Assembly (NCBI GenBank): GCA_951406725.2
Contig: OX597824.1
Span: 16,616,001 to 16,680,000, forward strand
Length of the DNA: 64,000 nt
Source: Octopus vulgaris
Taxonomy: Eukaryota
Direction of reading: 5' to 3'
The position numbers and the translations under genes are program-made. Position 1 is the first letter of the stretch. The number at the start of each line of letters is the position of its first letter. Positions 62,701 to 64,000 of this stretch are shown here, piece by piece. The notes under the pieces were generated by a model. It made no database searches, had not been told where the DNA came from, and saw only the letters and a list, made by a program, of their open reading frames with translations.

Positions 62701-63170
62701 ATTAATAATATTAACGGTATCAGCAACATGAAGCCTGAAACGCTGGATGTATTTGCCTCACAATATAGAAATAACCAAATTTTATTTAAGATATTTCTGG
62801 TTACGGGTTTTCTTAGTTTCTGTTGCTGTTTTGTCGAAATATGAATTCTTTATGAAGGCAAGGTACGACTTGTCGAATAATGAATGAAATAAAAAGGACA
62901 GTTCATTCAATTCTCTGATGCAAAGCTGATCATACCTGCCTTCCATCCATCTGCGAGCGTCGACCTTGTGTGCTGTTAAAAAGAATTTTTTTTTAGTTGA
63001 ATGTGGCGGCTGTGATAGAGACTATGCATGACAATTGCGAACTGAGTCAGCCATTTTGGATTCGATTTTGATTTAGAGTAGATTCAGTCACTTTCCCATC
63101 TGGTATCAATTATATATTTTTGCGGAGGAGAGATGATTACAAGAAAACATCAAATAATGTGACTACCTTG

Positions 63171-63174
<4 letters not shown>

Positions 63175-63269
<95 letters not shown>

Positions 63270-63297
63270 ATATACATATATGTATACGTATATATTT

Positions 63298-63337
<40 letters not shown>

Positions 63338-63499
63338 GTATATATACATATATGTTTATGCATGTATATATATATATATATATATATTTATGCTTATGTA
63401 TATATACGTATATATGTATATACATATGAGCACATTTACCTATATACGTATGTATATGAATGTGTACATATATATATATATACATACACACACACACAC

Positions 63500-63533
<34 letters not shown>

Positions 63534-63602
63534 GTATATATGCATATTTATGTGAGTGTCTGTATGTATGTGTATGTGTGTGTATGTGTGTGTGTGTGTG
63601 TA
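63175..63602. repeat. (TA)n/(TG)n microsatellite
   Basis: Direct inspection. Confidence 0.95.
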
Positions 63603-64000
63603 TGCATCTATGTATCCATGACCTTCATACGTAGTCAAAAGAATTCATTCCACTAAGGAATATCGAGTTCAAAATAAGTCAGCTTGTTCCTGTTAATTGA
63701 TGTCATAACCAAAGTGATTGGTTCACCGACTTTCTTCGGTAAAAATAAAAATTAAAAAAACACAAACAAACAAGCAAGAAAAAAAAGCTGCAGATGAAAA
63801 TAACAAAACATGGTGCTGTAAATCCGTTGCAGTAAATGAAAAGCTTCCGGCCTTTTTCAAGAGAGCAAAAATATAAAAGAAATTTTAAAATAAAAATAAA
63901 AATAATAAAAATAATATATATATAGAAAATGAAAAAAAAAAAAACATTTCTAAAAGAAATATCAAAACAAAAAAATAGTTAAAACGAAATAACGGAATGA

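Overview
This is gene-free, AT-rich eukaryotic DNA (intron or intergenic), most likely from a coleoid cephalopod such as Octopus. That assignment is inferred from the extreme microsatellite load and the tRNA-headed SINE families. Almost every ORF in the supplied track is a translation of (TA)n, (TATC)n, (TACA)n, (AAT)n, (GAT)n or (AAG)n, and no host exon can be supported. Real content: four tRNA-derived SINE families (called A-D here, about 30 copies or fragments, several with target-site duplications); two decayed Tc1/mariner transposons with TIRs; a Helitron helicase remnant; and R4/Dong-, RTE-, Tx1- and Penelope-like retroelement remnants. The most interesting signal is a set of minimal type-I hammerhead ribozyme motifs in short Penelope-like or retrozyme-like modules. 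One has a canonical core inside a ~135-nt rod-like hairpin (40346-40479, minus). Others lie at 19059, 41906 (non-canonical A6U core) and 42405, plus several decayed copies. Close inverted SINE pairs could form long dsRNA, and family-B SINEs carry three different 3' tails. All calls were made by eye; no searches or folding programs were run.
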